A model generated the notes under the pieces. It was not told the DNA's origin, did not search any database, and saw nothing but the letters and a program-made list of their open reading frames with translations. The position numbers were made by a program, and so were the translations under genes. 64,000 bases of DNA, taken from assembly GCF_006345805.1 (NCBI RefSeq), contig NC_043018.1:24800001-24864000 (forward strand), given 5' to 3'. This DNA is from Octopus sinensis. Its lineage: Eukaryota. Below are positions 48,275 to 61,716 of this stretch, piece by piece; within the stretch, counting starts at the first letter, position 1, and every line of letters begins with the position of its first letter.

Positions 48275-48621
48275 GTTAATCCAAACAAGAAACACAGAAA
48301 AAAACACAGCAACGCGAGGACGTGGAACAATAAAGTATTATTTGACGCTCAATATATATATATATATATATATATAAATATATATATATATACATATATT
48401 GTATGTATGTATGAGTGTGTGAACTGTTGTCTGTTTGTCCCTACATCACCACTTGACAACCAGTGTTGTGTTTATGTTCCAATAACTCAGTGGTTTAGCA
48501 AAAAGAGACTAGGCTTAAAAAATAGATCTTGAGGTAGATTTTTTTCAACTAAAACCCTTCAAGGCAGTGCTCCAGCATGACCACAGTCAAATGACTGAAA
48601 TGAGTAAAAGAATATACATAC

Positions 48622-48660
<39 letters not shown>

Positions 48661-49053
48661 TACATACACACACCTATATACATTCATGCATACCCACATA
48701 CACATGATTGAGTGCATGCGTATGGACACAGATTGCCTTTAAAGGAGCTGGAGTGATGTGAGATGGGGTTGAGGGATGTGTAACGTTACCCAGGGTGGCA
48801 TATTTTAAACCAAGTCACCTTTAATTGCCAAAGCTAACACCCACAGGGGTGGGTAGTGAAAGCAAGGTGAGGGGGAGCTGAACTGGAGTCAAAATTGGCA
48901 GTAGACAAACATCAAGACATGCCATAAATTGGAGACTGATATATCGGTGTGTCTGTGTGTGTGTGTGTGTATATACACACACACACACAGAGTACCTGCC
49001 ACCAAAATGTATACACGCTTCATGAAAAAAATACCTGTGTAGAAATATTTTAA

Positions 49054-49274
49054 CCCTTTAGCATTTAAACCAGTCATATCTGGTCAAAAATATTCTACCC
49101 GTTTTATGTTCAAACTGGCCAGATCTGGTCTCTCACACCAACCCTACAATATTGCTTAAAAAATTAACAGCTACCTCATCAAAATCTCATAGCTACAAGA
49201 TAATGCCTGATTAATTCAAAACAATGTGGATGAAGAAGCATTAATTTTGGCAGAATAATGTGAACACTAAAGGG
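49054..49274 (-). mobile_element. piggyBac-type MITE with intact ends
   Basis: TTAA|CCCTTTAGCATT ... CACTAAAGGG|TTAA (TTAA at 49050-49053 and 49275-49278). Confidence 0.88.
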
Positions 49275-49504
49275 TTAATGTTAAATTTATTGAAACATCA
49301 TGGGGGATTGATACGAATTACCCTTAACCTCTCCAATTATAAGATGTGTTCAAAGTGGTGGTCATTAGTTTTCAATCACTTATTTGTATGTCAAACCATG
49401 GCTAGGACAACATTGGACAAAGTGCCCAATGAGATTAGTGCTCATGCTCTTTCAGTTTCTTCCCATAGGCCATCAGTGTGGTTGGTTTTCTTTCATGGAA
49501 ATTG

Positions 49505-49970
49505 CAGGTGAGTTACCAGTGCCGGTGGCACGTAAGAGAACCATCCGAATGTGGCCGTTGCCAGTGCCGCCCCGACTAGCCTCGTGCCGGTGGCACATAA
49601 AATGCACCATCTGTTCGTGGCCGTTGCCAGCGCTGCCCAGACTGGCCTCGTGCCAGTGGCACGTAAAAAGCACCATCCGTTCGTGGCCGTTGCCAGCCTC
49701 GCCTGGCCCTGTGCCAGTGGCACGTAAAAAGCACCATCCATCCGTGACTGTTTGCCAGCTCCGTCTGGCACCTGTGCGGGTGGCACGTAAAAAGCACCCA
49801 CTACACTCACGGAGTGGTTGGCGTTAGGAAGGGCATCCAGCCGTAGAAACACTGCCAGATCAGACTGGGCCTGATGCAGCCTTCTGGCTTCACAGACCCC
49901 AGTTGAACCGTCCAACCCATGCTAGCATGGAAAGTGGACACTAAATGATGATGATGATGATGATGATGAC
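49505..49970 (+). mobile_element. RTE 3'-tail copy with five hairpin units
   Basis: GTGCC(G/A)GTGGCAC units starting near 49518, 49584, 49650, 49711 and 49774, then the conserved GGAAGGGCATCCAGC block and a (GAT)n tail. Confidence 0.88.
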
Positions 49971-50253
49971 AGCCTTTAGGGTGCCCCGTAAGTAAAAGTC
50001 TGCAGGTATTAAACCAGGAGAACATGCCAGTAACTCAGTTCACCTCTGTCTTTTCCAATGTGCTTGCAAATTCTGACACAGGTGAGCTTGCATGTCTCAA
50101 TAATAGTGTGGCAGTGTGCCATATTGTTGAAAAGAAAAGTAAAAATCATTAAAAGTAACTCCTATTAACCCTGTCATGTCAATAAATTTAGTATTAAAAT
50201 ATCTACACACGTTTTTCTTTCCCTAAAGTGTATATATATATATTTTGACAGAC

Positions 50254-50313
<60 letters not shown>

Positions 50314-50609
50314 TATATATTATGCCCAGCTGAAGTAGTTGAATGGTTGAGGGAGGTTAAAATTTGTTAAGCTGTATGTCTAATACGGAGATGGACTGTT
50401 TTTCTGTTTGATAACAGAAACTTGTTCAGTTGCATACATCTTGTATAAATTTCTTATTTTGAGCTCAGAAGGTTGGATGCTGTTATACATCACTCATTAC
50501 AATGCACTTTGCATCATTTTAGCTTTCGAGTGATGCCATCTTGCTAGCTAGGTAAGCAAAGACAACATTCCCCTTGATCAGAAAACTAGTCCGTCACAAG
50601 ATTACCTGT

Positions 50610-51069
50610 TTACAGGGGAGTTTTCAACACTTGATTAGGATATTTGGGGAAAATCTGCAATCACCCTGGTCTTGGGGTTGCTGTTAATGGCCCAGTTGTC
50701 TGGTCAGAGTGAGGTGCATCTTCAATCAAAAAATTTCCAGATCAAAATCTTCAAAACTGCTTCTAGCACAAATATTCTGTAAACAGCACCCTCTCTGCAC
50801 ACACTGCATATCTTTCTACAAGTTTCTGACACATTCTTGTCATTTTAAAAATAAATAAGGTGTCAATAATGTTCATTTTGGTTCTCCATTTTCAGGTTAA
50901 TCCCAAGTACACAAAACAGAGCCTGTCTCGTCACAAATTTGCATCAAATAACACTGAAATTTCAAGTATTTAATGAGTGTGCATGTGCAAAGGAGAGAGA
51001 GCAATTAGGTATTTATTAGAGTACTTGAACTTTAATGGTAACAAAAGCCAGACTTTCCGGCCACTCCAA
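50610..51069 (-). mobile_element. Degraded mariner 5' end (TIR plus transposase N-terminus)
   Basis: TA|TTGGAGTGGCCGGAAAGTC TIR-like start. ATG at 50889 gives MENQNEHY*HLIYF*NDKNVSETCRKICSVCREGAV, similar to MENQKEHFRHILLFYFRKGKNA...CAVYGD of mellifera-type mariners as recalled. Multiple stops. Confidence 0.7.
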
Positions 51070-52026
51070 TATATATGATGGGCATCTTTCTGTCTACCGC
51101 ATCCACTCACAAGGTTTTGGCTGGCCTAAGCTGTTGTAGAAGGCAACAGTCCAAGGTGCCATGCAGTGGGACTGAACCTGGAACCATGTGGTTCGGAAGC
51201 AAGCATCTTACCACACAGCCATGTCTGTGCCTGTGTGTGTGTGTCATTCATTATATAGCTTAATGTGTTGTAGTATGAAGGTAAGGAAACAACAACGTGC
51301 TAGAGACAAGTGTCCAGAATGCATCACCACCACCACCAGCTTAGACATACCCTGTCTACATGTCAGCTATACAGTTGTAATGGAGAGGGTGGGTACAAGG
51401 GTTTAGGCTCTGTGTGTTTGTGTGTGTGTGGTGGAGTAGTGGCCAAGGACAAGGGAGCACATGCCGGGTGACATTAACATAGCAACATTGACAAACCAAC
51501 ACAAATACTTCATTGTGTCCAAGAAAAACCAACAGACAAGATTGACATGTAATGGTGGTGATGATGATGATAACAATATCAGTGACGATGATGACTACGA
51601 CAATACCTGCTGGTGATGCTGCTCCTGATAATGTCAACTGTACAGATAAGGAAGAACATGATGATGATGGTGATGATGGCAATGATGACGATCTCAATGA
51701 TGATAGCAGTAATGATAGTGATGGTGACAATGATGATGATGATGGTGGTGGTGGAGATGCTGGTGATGATGATGATGGTGTGATGGCTATGATGACAATG
51801 ATGCTGATAACTGGTGATGGCACTTGTGATGACGATGATAATGATGACGACAATTCAGTTCCCACTGCTGACGGTGATAATCGTACTGATTGGTACTGAT
51901 TACAAAGAACATAACGATGACGATAACTAGTAATGCTGGAAGTCTCTACTCATGAAGGTGTTGTCGTTGGTGGTGGTTGTGGTGGTGGTGGTGTTGGTGG
52001 TAGTAGTAGTAGAGGTAGTGGTGAAA

Positions 52027-52568
52027 ATCACCTGGTAGGACAAGGTCCCAGGTATGGATGTCCTCCCTTGCACTGACCAGCCAAACATCTACACGCTGCT
52101 GAGGAGAGCCCAAATCAGGCGGGTAGGCCACCTTGATCAAATGCCTCATGTACACTTCCTCGGAAGACTGTTTTACAGTAAACAGGCGGAGAGCAAGCAC
52201 ACACAAGGGGGACCGAAACACTACTTTAAGGGAACACTTAAAGCTTTACTGAAGAGCTTTCAGAGGAACCCCCAACACCTGGGGAAATGCAAGGGCAAAA
52301 CCACACAGCCTGGCAAACTGGCACCAATAGAGGTTCCACCTCCTATGAACAGAACAGGATTGCAAGGGCAGAAAGAAAATGTAAACTATACAAGTCCAGA
52401 GCCAACTTCTGGCCTTCAGTTCCAGCTGACCAGCATTACTTGACCTCTGGCAGAGTCTTTTAGGCATGCATTGGACTGATCACCCATTGCCAGGCACATT
52501 GCGTCTCCTCATCTTCTTCATCTCCCTGGGATATCTTTGGTCATTGTGGACAACAATGGACAAACTAA
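52027..52568 (+). mobile_element. RTE (BovB-like) LINE 3' end, degraded
   Basis: ITW*DKVP..DVL.....NIYTLLRRAQIRRVGHL..MP...RLFY...GG.K..FK.TLKA.LKSF, with terminal TGGTCATTGTGGACAACAATGGACAAAC. Confidence 0.85.
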
Positions 52569-54191
52569 TAGGGGTGGTGGTGGTGTTGGTGGTGGTCATT
52601 GTAGTGGTGATGGTGGTTGTAGTGGTGTTGGAGGTGGTAGTATTGGTGGTAGTGGCAGCGGTGGTATTGGTGGTAGTGGCAGTGGTGGTGATGGTGGTTG
52701 TAGTGGTGTTGGAGGTGGTAGTATTGGTGGTAGTGGCAGAGGTGGTGTTAGTGGTAGTATTGGTGGTAGTGGCTTGGTGGTGGTGGTATTGGTGGTAGTG
52801 ACAGTGGATGTGGTAGTATTGGTGGTAGTGGCAGTGGTGGTGTTAGTGGTAGTATTGGTGGTAGTGGCAGTGGTGGTGTTAGTGGTAGTATTGGTGGTGG
52901 TGGTGGTAGTGAGTGGTGGTGTTGGGTGGTGGTAGTGGCAGAGGTGGTGTTGGTGGTATTGGTAGCATTAATGGTTGTGATAGTAAATGAGATGGTGGTG
53001 GTGGTGTTCGTGGCAGAGATTCCTGCGATGGGAAGAGAAGACAAGGAACGTAATATGAAGAAAAGTCAGGAAAACTAAACTTGAGAGAAAAGAAAAACAA
53101 ACAATGCAAAAAAACTCCAAGAATCTACAAACATGGTGTAAGCTATAGTTTTACCTGTCCATCAACTCAGACTGTCATTAACCATCATAATACAGGTAAC
53201 ACATTTTTCTCACCTTTCACACTGATACGTATTCAAGACTGCCATCCTAGGTATTCCTCTCTCTCTCTCTTCTTCCCCCCCCCACCCCCCCACCCACCCC
53301 ACACACACACGCACACATATATATATATACACACATATATATATACATACATATATATACATATGTATATATATACACACACATATATATATACACACAC
53401 ACACATATATATGTACATATATATATATATATATATATACATACATATATCTATACATATATAAACATACATATATATATATATACATATATCTATACAT
53501 ATATAAACATATATATATATATATATTATACATATATCTATACATATATATACATATATAATAGGCATGTGCATACACACACACAAATATACACATGTGT
53601 GTATATATATATAAATATATATATATAAACATATCTTTTATTTTTACTTCTTTCGGTCATTAAACTCTGGCTGATGTATACATACACACACACAGACACA
53701 CAAACATATATACATACATATAAGCATGTATATGTGTGTTTATATATATATAAAGCATACACATACATATGTTCTTAGATGTGTACATACACATAAACTT
53801 TTGTACACACACATACACACACACACACATGCATTATACAAACGTGTCCCTTTTGTCTATATTTCACATTACAAACACCCACTTCTGACATTGCAATTAC
53901 TGTTTTAAGGTCACTACCCCCAATTAACAATAGGTTCGTAGAGGTTAATTAGCCCAATTATAATACCTGGGAATTTTAGACAGGACTTTCAACACTGTGG
54001 CAAGACACTTTATTCCTGTCTCCCAGGTAACACTACTAACCCTGTCCCCCCCAGCTAAGAAACCCTATAACCACAGTTGGGACAATTAGTCTCTATCTCC
54101 TCACATTATACACACATATACACCAACAATTCACATATTCAAATATATATATATATAATATATATATATATATATACATATAAAGAAAGAG

Positions 54192-54473
54192 AAAAAGAAA
54201 ATGGAGATTGGGAGGTTAATAATTGTTTATTATTAACAGCAAATTAATTATCTTCACTTACAGTTGCTTCAATTAATATTAAGTAAATATTAAATTTATA
54301 TCTATTTGATCTGAGCCTAATATCTTCAGGGAGAAAAAATATATACCCTTGGACGTTTTATATGTGTTTATGGATTCATTGTAACAGGCGCTATAATGAA
54401 TTAATTGAAGCAACTGATTAATTTGCTATTAATAATAAACAATTATTAACTTGCCAATCTCCATTTTCTTTTT
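54192..54473. repeat. Inverted repeat, ~75-86-bp arms
   Basis: AAAAAGAAAATGGAGATTGG...GTTAATAATTGTTTATTATTAA...CAGTTGCTTCAATTAAT (54192-54277) versus its reverse complement at 54400-54473, with a 12-bp indel. Confidence 0.88.
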
Positions 54474-54564
54474 GTTTGTTTGTTTTTTTGTATGAATATA
54501 AACTATATGTTTTTGTAATAATACCTATTATGTTAAGGAAATCAATTCCCCCAAAATACTAGGT

Positions 54565-54650
54565 ATTTTACGTTTCGAGCCTACGCTCTTCTACAGAAAG
54601 ATACACAGAAAAAAACAAGGAGAGAAAAAATGTGTGTAGTAGCTAACGAT
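54565..54650 (-). mobile_element. Repeat family HH-A, truncated, with hammerhead-like motif at 54566-54600
   Basis: Minus strand CTTT CTGTAGA A GAGC GTAG GCTC GAAA CGT A AAA. Confidence 0.7.
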
Positions 54651-54904
54651 ACACACACACACACATACATATATATAAACATGGTTGTGTGGTAAAGCAG
54701 CTTGTTTCTCAACTAAATTGTTCCAGGTTCAGACCTATGGCATCTTGGGCAAGTGTCTTCTACTATAGCTTCAGAGTGGATTTGGTAGATGGAAACAGGA
54801 AGAAGCCCATCATGTGTGTGTGTATATAAATATATATGCACATATATATATACACACATATATATATGGTTATCATTATTTAATTGAACGTGATGCATCC
54901 ATTT

Positions 54905-55230
54905 TCAAGTAAGTTTATATATATATATCACGTGATCACTTGACCGACCAGTCCATCAGATGTAGTTACATATCGCTGGTCACAATGCTTTTGCATTGTT
55001 TTAGCCTTCGAATGACGCCACCCCGCTGGCTAAGTGAGCAGGCTAACAGAAGAAAGAGTGGGAGAAAGGGTGGTGAAAGAATACAGCAGGGATCACCACC
55101 CCCTGCCGGAGCCTCGTAGAGCTTTTAGGTGTTTTCGCTCAATAAACACTCACAACGCCCGGTCTGAGAATCGAAACCGCGATCCTATGACTGCGAGTCC
55201 ACTGCCCTAACCACTGGGCCATTGCGCCTC

Positions 55231-55232
<2 letters not shown>
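54905..55232 (-). mobile_element. SINE family 3, near-complete
   Basis: Minus strand GGAGGCGCAATGGCCCAGTGGTTAGGGCAGTGGACTCGCAGTCATAGGATCGCGGTTTCGATTCTC. Confidence 0.88.
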
Positions 55233-55324
<92 letters not shown>

Positions 55325-55333
55325 ATAATAAAC

Positions 55334-55430
55334 AAAATAAGCAACAAGGATATCCAAGGTAGTGTAGTACAATTGTTTCATGCTACAACAATTGTACTAC
55401 ACTACCTTGGATATCTTTGTTGCTTATTTT
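55334..55430. repeat. Near-perfect hairpin: 44-bp arms (43/44), 9-nt loop
   Basis: AAAATAAGCAACAAGGATATCCAAGGTAGTGTAGTACAATTGTT-tcatgctac-AACAATTGTACTACACTACCTTGGATATCTTTGTTGCTTATTTT. Confidence 0.92.
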
Positions 55431-56706
55431 GATTATAATCACCCCATTTGATTTATATGGACAATACCATACGAAATTCTGATCCCTTTAACTTAAGTAC
55501 CATATTCATCTGAATCTAAATTTTGCTGAACTTATATATATATATATATATACATGTATATATCTATGTGTGTGTCTTGTGTCTGTGTTTGTCGCCCACC
55601 ACCATTTGACAAATGGTGTTGGTTTGTTTATGTCCCCACAAATTAGTGGTTTGGCAAAAAGACACTGATAGAATATGCAGGAGGCTTACAAAAACAGGAA
55701 GAAAAAATATGAGCTGGGCTTGATCCATCTGATTAAAAGCTCTTCAAGGCAGTGCCCCAGCATGACCGCAGTCTAATGACTGAAACAAGAGATAAAAGAT
55801 AAAGCACATAGCTCAGTAATTGTTAGAGTGTTGGGCTTGTAATAATGAGATAGTGAGTTCATTTCCCCAACCGGGCTATGTGTTGTGTTCTTGAGCAAGA
55901 CACTTTATTTCAATTCTGCTCCAGTTCACTCAGTTTTATTCTTGTGTTCTTGAGCAAGAAATGAGTAGTGATGTCACTGGTGCCAAGCTGTAACAGCCTT
56001 TGCTTTCCCTCGGATAATATCGGTGGCGGGGAGAAGGGAGGCTGCTATGCATGGGTGACTGCTGATCTTCCATAAAACAACCTTGTCCAGACTTGTACCT
56101 TTGAAGGGAAATTTCAGGTGCATTTTCATGGTCATTCATAACCAAAGGGTGGTCTTTACCTTTTTATATATATCATCATCATCATTTAACGTCCGTTTTC
56201 CATGTTGGCATGGGTTGGACGGTTCGACTGGGGTCTGGGAAGCCAGGAGACTGCACCAGGCCCCAATCTGGGCTGTCAGTGTTTCAACAGCTGGATGCCC
56301 TTCCTAATGCCAACCACTCCGAGAGAGTAGTGGGTGCTTTTTACATGCCACTGGCACATGGGCCAGAGGAGCTGGCATCAACCATGATCGGATGGTGCTT
56401 TTATATATATATTGTTTTATTTTGGGATGGTAACTCTTTTCTTTTCCAAGTAACCACACACACTACATATATATTTTTTCTTCAACAGCACTTGCCCCGT
56501 GGCTGTTCCACAGGCCTCTGCAGTCTTCACTTCCATCTACCGCATCTGCAATCCTCTCCACCAACACCACATAGCTCATCACAGCCCATAACACCACTAA
56601 CACCACAGTGAAATTTGTTTTAAAATTGTTGAATTGAATTTTCCCCTGTAAGTTTTGGAATTATATTCCCTACTATTATTATTATAATGTGTATAATATA
56701 TATATG

Positions 56707-57105
56707 ACTAGCAGTATTGCCCGGCGTTGCTCGGGTTTGTAAGGGAAATAACTATATAAGCATTTTTAGAGATGTAAAGTATAATAGCCATCTCAATATG
56801 GCTAACCACAAAGGGGGGTGTTACTGTAGCTTTTTACGTTTTGAGATTTAATAATAAATTTTTAAAGAGTTACTTCCCTTATATAATAGCAAAAAAAATG
56901 CATTAAAAATGGGAAAAAATGATGATAAATTTTTTTTTTAAATTGTAGACTCATTGTAGACACGCGCTAATACCCAGAAGGGCTCGATATGAATCACGAC
57001 TATAAGATACCCGGTTTTGGTTAAACTGCACCGCAAAATGTGGGAGTAGTTAGGAATCTAAATCGTAGGAGACAGACACACAACTTCACTTTTATATATA
57101 AAGAT
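56707..57105 (+). mobile_element. Non-autonomous Helitron-like element, variant 2
   Basis: Same first ~60 bp as 12289 (ACTAGCAGTATTGCCCGGCGTTGCTCGGGTTTGTAAGGGAAATAACTAT), different interior, ends CACAACTTCACTTTTATATATAAAGAT. Confidence 0.65.
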
Positions 57106-57600
57106 GTATTGTCTTTTTTCTGTAGTTTCAGCTCACAGCTGCAACCATGCTGATGCACTGCCGTTTTGCTACACTTTTATTACTGAGAGCCTCCTCCAAT
57201 ATGTGGCACTTGGTGAAGAATGGAGTTTCATGTACACACACACACACACACACACAAATACATATATTGATTTCAAATGTTGGTGCAAGGCCAGCAAATT
57301 TGGGAGAGGAGGGTAAGTCAATAACACTGACTCAAGTGGAAATTGTGTTATCGACCCGAAAAGGATGACTGGCAAAGTCGACCTCAGCAGAATTTGAACT
57401 CAAAATATAAAGATCGATGAAGTGCCACCAAGCATTTTGCTCCACGTGCTAATGATTCTGCCAGCACACCACCTTAACACACATATATATACACACACAC
57501 ACACACACACATTAACTAGTCATGAGATGTGCGTATATATAGGTACATATATAAAAGTGTTTATATTCATGTATATATCTAAGAGAGGTTAGTAAAAAGC

Positions 57601-57632
<32 letters not shown>

Positions 57633-58999
57633 GGATGTCAGTGTGTGTGTCTGTGTGTGAGTGGTGTGCAAGAGAGAGGGGTGGTGTTTGTTTACGTGGG
57701 TTTGTTTGTCAATGTATGTGTATATTTCAGGATAAACTAGAGTTTCTTGGCAACATCAAACTCTCATTGATGTTGAAAATTCTTTTGGTATTGGAAGGGA
57801 AAGGGGAAGAAGGGCTGGAGGTATTTCCCCTTTGTGTGTGTGTGAGAATGTATATATGTGTATATGGGAATGTATGTGGGTGAGTATGTGTGTGAATGTA
57901 TGTATGGGTGTGTGTGTATGTGTGAGTGTATGCATGTGCATATGCAAACGTGTGAGTATTTATGTGTCTATGGGAATGTGTGTGTGAGTGTTTGTATGTA
58001 TGTGTGTATGTGCATATGTGAATGATGTGCGAGTGTATGTAATGTGTATATGTGAATGTGTGTGTATGAGTGTTTGTATGTATGTGTGTATGTGAATGTT
58101 ATGCAAGTGTATGTGTATATGTAAATGCATGTGTGTATGTGTATATGTAAATGCATGTGTGTGTATGTGTATATGTGAATGTGTGTGTATGTATGTGTAT
58201 ATGTGAATGTGTGTGTATGTATGTGTATATGTGAATGTGTGTATGTATGTGTATATGTGAATGTGTGTGTATGTGTGTGTTTGTTCTCTCTTTCCTCCAT
58301 CATCAACCGTGTTTAGAACTGTGGATACCAACAGAGGTACCTGCCGCAGACACAAACGTTTGTTTACAATGCTTCAGATGCAGCAAACAACTCTCACAGA
58401 CGAAAGAAACCAGTGAAATATTCAGAAATTCTTGCAAAAAAAAAAAAAAACTCTCCAAAATCTGTTCCCCAAAAGTTTACGCAATAATTCGTCAAGTCGT
58501 TCCCTATATTTTGATGAAAGAAATAGCTGATGCTTATCTTAGGGAGTCTAAAGGAACCAAAAACGAAAAAGTCGGTATTGAAGAATGCAAACCCATTCTT
58601 CAACCTTAACTCTTCATGTCTCCCAAAGAATGGTGTTGAAAATCTCTCATCTTGTCTTTCTAGTCCTGTATACCCGTTTATGGTTGGGGTTGTGAAAGGA
58701 GTGCATGGGGTTAATGATAATCAAGTTTTAAGGTACATGCCCAGGTATATGTGGCACACCATCTGGGGTATGTTTAAAGTATGGAATAATGCAGACTGTA
58801 TATAGAGGTTCAGGCAGCCTGGATATATTCTCTGAATGTTATTCCTGCAGCCATGACTATCATCTTTGCTGCTGCCATAATCACCATCACCACCCACACC
58901 ACCACCACTCTTCTTTGCTGCTGCCCATATTAAGTAGGGTATAAAAAAATATATATATATATGTCCTCATCATTCAATGTCCATTGTCCATCCTGGCAT

Positions 59000-60107
59000 T
59001 GGACAGTTTTGTTTGGCATTCATGCAAGAAGCTTCAATACAAACATTTCAGAGTGTTTGGGTGTCAATCTGAGGATAATGCAGAGCATTTGGAAAGAGTT
59101 GGATGGGTCTAAGGCTGATTACAAAGGTATGGCAGCTCAGAAAACTCACTCTGATTGCTCTGATAAGAAAAGAACTCCTGAATTTGTTGGTGAGATCCAG
59201 GCCATGATTGACAACAATTCCTCCAAATCAATCAGGTCCATCACCAGCGACATGGGAGTGTCTGAGTTTCTTATCAGGAGGGTAGAGCATGAAGACATTT
59301 GGTATTCCTCATATAGGATGAGAAAGGGCCAATTTTTGTCCCAAGCCATCTAGGACAAGAGGAAAAACCATGTTATGGAGCTTTTGAACAAACTCAAGCA
59401 TTTTTTCCAACCGAACTTTGCTTTGGTTTTTCTCAGATGAGAAAAATTTCTGTCAGGATCAGATGGTGAACACACAGAACAACCATTGTCTTGCCGTGGC
59501 CTCAAAACATGTACCAAAAATGATAAAAATCAAACATCCAGTCAACATCATTTGTGATGGTGATGTTATGCTTCCATTCATCTTTCCACATGGCCTCACA
59601 CTCAACAAGCAGGCCTACATCAAGTGCCTGGAGGATGTAGTGCTGCCCTGGGTCAAGAGGGTGGCTGATGGAACACCTTATGTCTGGCAACAGGACTCTG
59701 CATCAACCACACAAGTAGAAGAACCCAGTCACGGTTGTCAGACAATTTCTGCGACCACATCACTCCTAGCATCTGGCTACCTGCAAACCCCTTGATTATT
59801 ATGTGTGAGACGCAGTTGAGTGAGAGACAAACAAAAAACTCCTTGTAATACCAAAGATGAACTGAAGGCAAGGATTATGGCAGCATTCACCAACTTAAAC
59901 AAGGAGATTGTCCAGAAGAGTTGCAGGAGATTCTGAAGTGGCCTTGAGGCCATGGTTGAAGCCAATGGCGATTCTATTGAATAAATTTACTCTTTAGCAT
60001 TTCAAGATATTTTAATGTAATTTTGGTAAATAAATTTGTTGAAATGAGATGTCAGTGTCATTTTCATTTTTGCGTAATTTAGACAGCAATTTATTCACCC
60101 CACCCTG
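59000..60107 (+). mobile_element. Tc1/mariner transposase pseudogene (maT/DD37D-like) with right TIR
   Basis: HTH region (RTPEFVGEIQAMID...SIRSI), WFFSDEKNF, YVWQQDSA, PLDYYV*, ending VEANGDSIE*. Right end reverse-complemented reads CAGGGTGGGGTGAATAAATTGCTG. Stops, frameshifts and a deletion in the WPPNSPD motif prevent a direct count of the D-D spacing. Confidence 0.88.
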
Positions 60108-60119
60108 TGTATATATAGA

Positions 60120-60159
<40 letters not shown>

Positions 60160-60695
60160 AACATGAAATTCTGTCCGTCCATTCAGGATCCCTGCATCTC
60201 AGTCTACATTTGCTCTACATCAACATATTAATAACTTTTGGGGATCAGGATTATCTCTGAATTGAAAATCTGCCCTTCATTTGGTTCTTGAACATCCAGT
60301 ATTGGGATCAGGTCTGGATGAGGATTTGTTATATGTTAGCAGTTGAAAGTTCAAATTGTAAAAGAACCCCCAAAATTAGTGAACTTAAAAGCTTATCATT
60401 TAAACTGAATTTACAGTAATACTGTATTGGTAGGGTACCAATAAATGCTTGATTATTATTGGTCTCTTTAGTTTGGGAAACTAACTTAAAAGTCCACATG
60501 GAGTGCAGCTTTTAAGCTAGTGTGTATATATGTATATATATATATATATATATATAGTGGTTTGGCGCTGTGGCTGTATATAGTTCAATTAGAATATATA
60601 TATCAATGGCAGTGTGGGTGTTTAAACAGAATATACAAGAGTAGCAATGTGGGTGCATATAATTTAAATAGTATAAGGGACACTGACATTGTGGT

Positions 60696-60743
<48 letters not shown>

Positions 60744-61683
60744 ATATATACATACATAAGTATGTATGCATACATATACATATATACACACATATAAGTA
60801 TGTATACATACATATATAAATATACATACATACATATATATATGTTTAGAGAGAAAGAGTTTAATTAGAATATAGAAGAGTAGGTTGGCATTGTGGTTAT
60901 ATATATGTGTGTATAATTTAAATTGGATAGTGTGGTATTATGGGTATTATATAGTTTAAGTAAATAACAGACCATTACATAAAGGAAAGATGGAAAGAGA
61001 GAATGAAATAATTAATGAAAGAATGAGAAAAATGAAGGAGGCAAAAACAAAAAACAACAGAAGAAAGAAAAGGATGACGAAAGAATAAACAACAAATAAA
61101 AAAATAAAGACAAAAGGAGGAAAGGAAGAGAAAGAGAGAGAGAGAGGGAGAGGAATAAAGGAGGAAGGGGAGAAAGGGCGAAAGAAAGACAGTAATAAAG
61201 GTGGTGGGGTAACAGAAAGATAGAGAGAGCGAAAGAAAGGAGTAAAGTTGAGGAGGGAAAAAGGGCGAAAGAAAGAAAGAAAGGACCTAAGCCCTAATTT
61301 CTAGACACAATTGCTGTCCTACCCATATCCTACCACTTTTCCTCACCCCCACTTTCCTTTTATTTATCCATCAAATTCATTTATTTCTTTATGTTCCTTA
61401 CATTTACCTCAAGGTTTCAATTTAGAAGGGCCACCCAGGGGCATTTCTTATTAGTTGTTTGTGTGTGCATGTGCTTTTTTTTATTTATTTTATTCCCCCC
61501 AACCCAGGAAATAACTGACAATATCTTAATCCCACCCGCCACCCCTCGCCTCACCCTACCACTCTGACAGAAGCAATGCCATGTGTATTTATTCAATTTA
61601 ACGAGATGGAAGTTGGTCTCTCTCGTTAATTTTTTTCCTTACCTACTTACATCTCAACATAAAGAAACCATCATCATCATTAC

Positions 61684-61714
<31 letters not shown>

Positions 61715-61716
<2 letters not shown>

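Noticed and set aside
49505-49810. Regularly spaced palindromic units superficially like a CRISPR array
   Set aside because: The spacers are homologous to each other, the array is part of an RTE 3' UTR in an animal genome, and there are no cas genes.
52537-52935. Gly/Ser-rich ORF resembling a structural protein
   Set aside because: Derived from (GGT/AGT)n low-complexity DNA directly after an RTE tail; the other frames give poly-Val or poly-Pro/Thr.
58235-58609. 124-aa plus-strand ORF in CpG-containing unique sequence
   Set aside because: It starts in a microsatellite, crosses a poly-A run and matches no family I recognise; it could be UTR or regulatory DNA but is unsupported.
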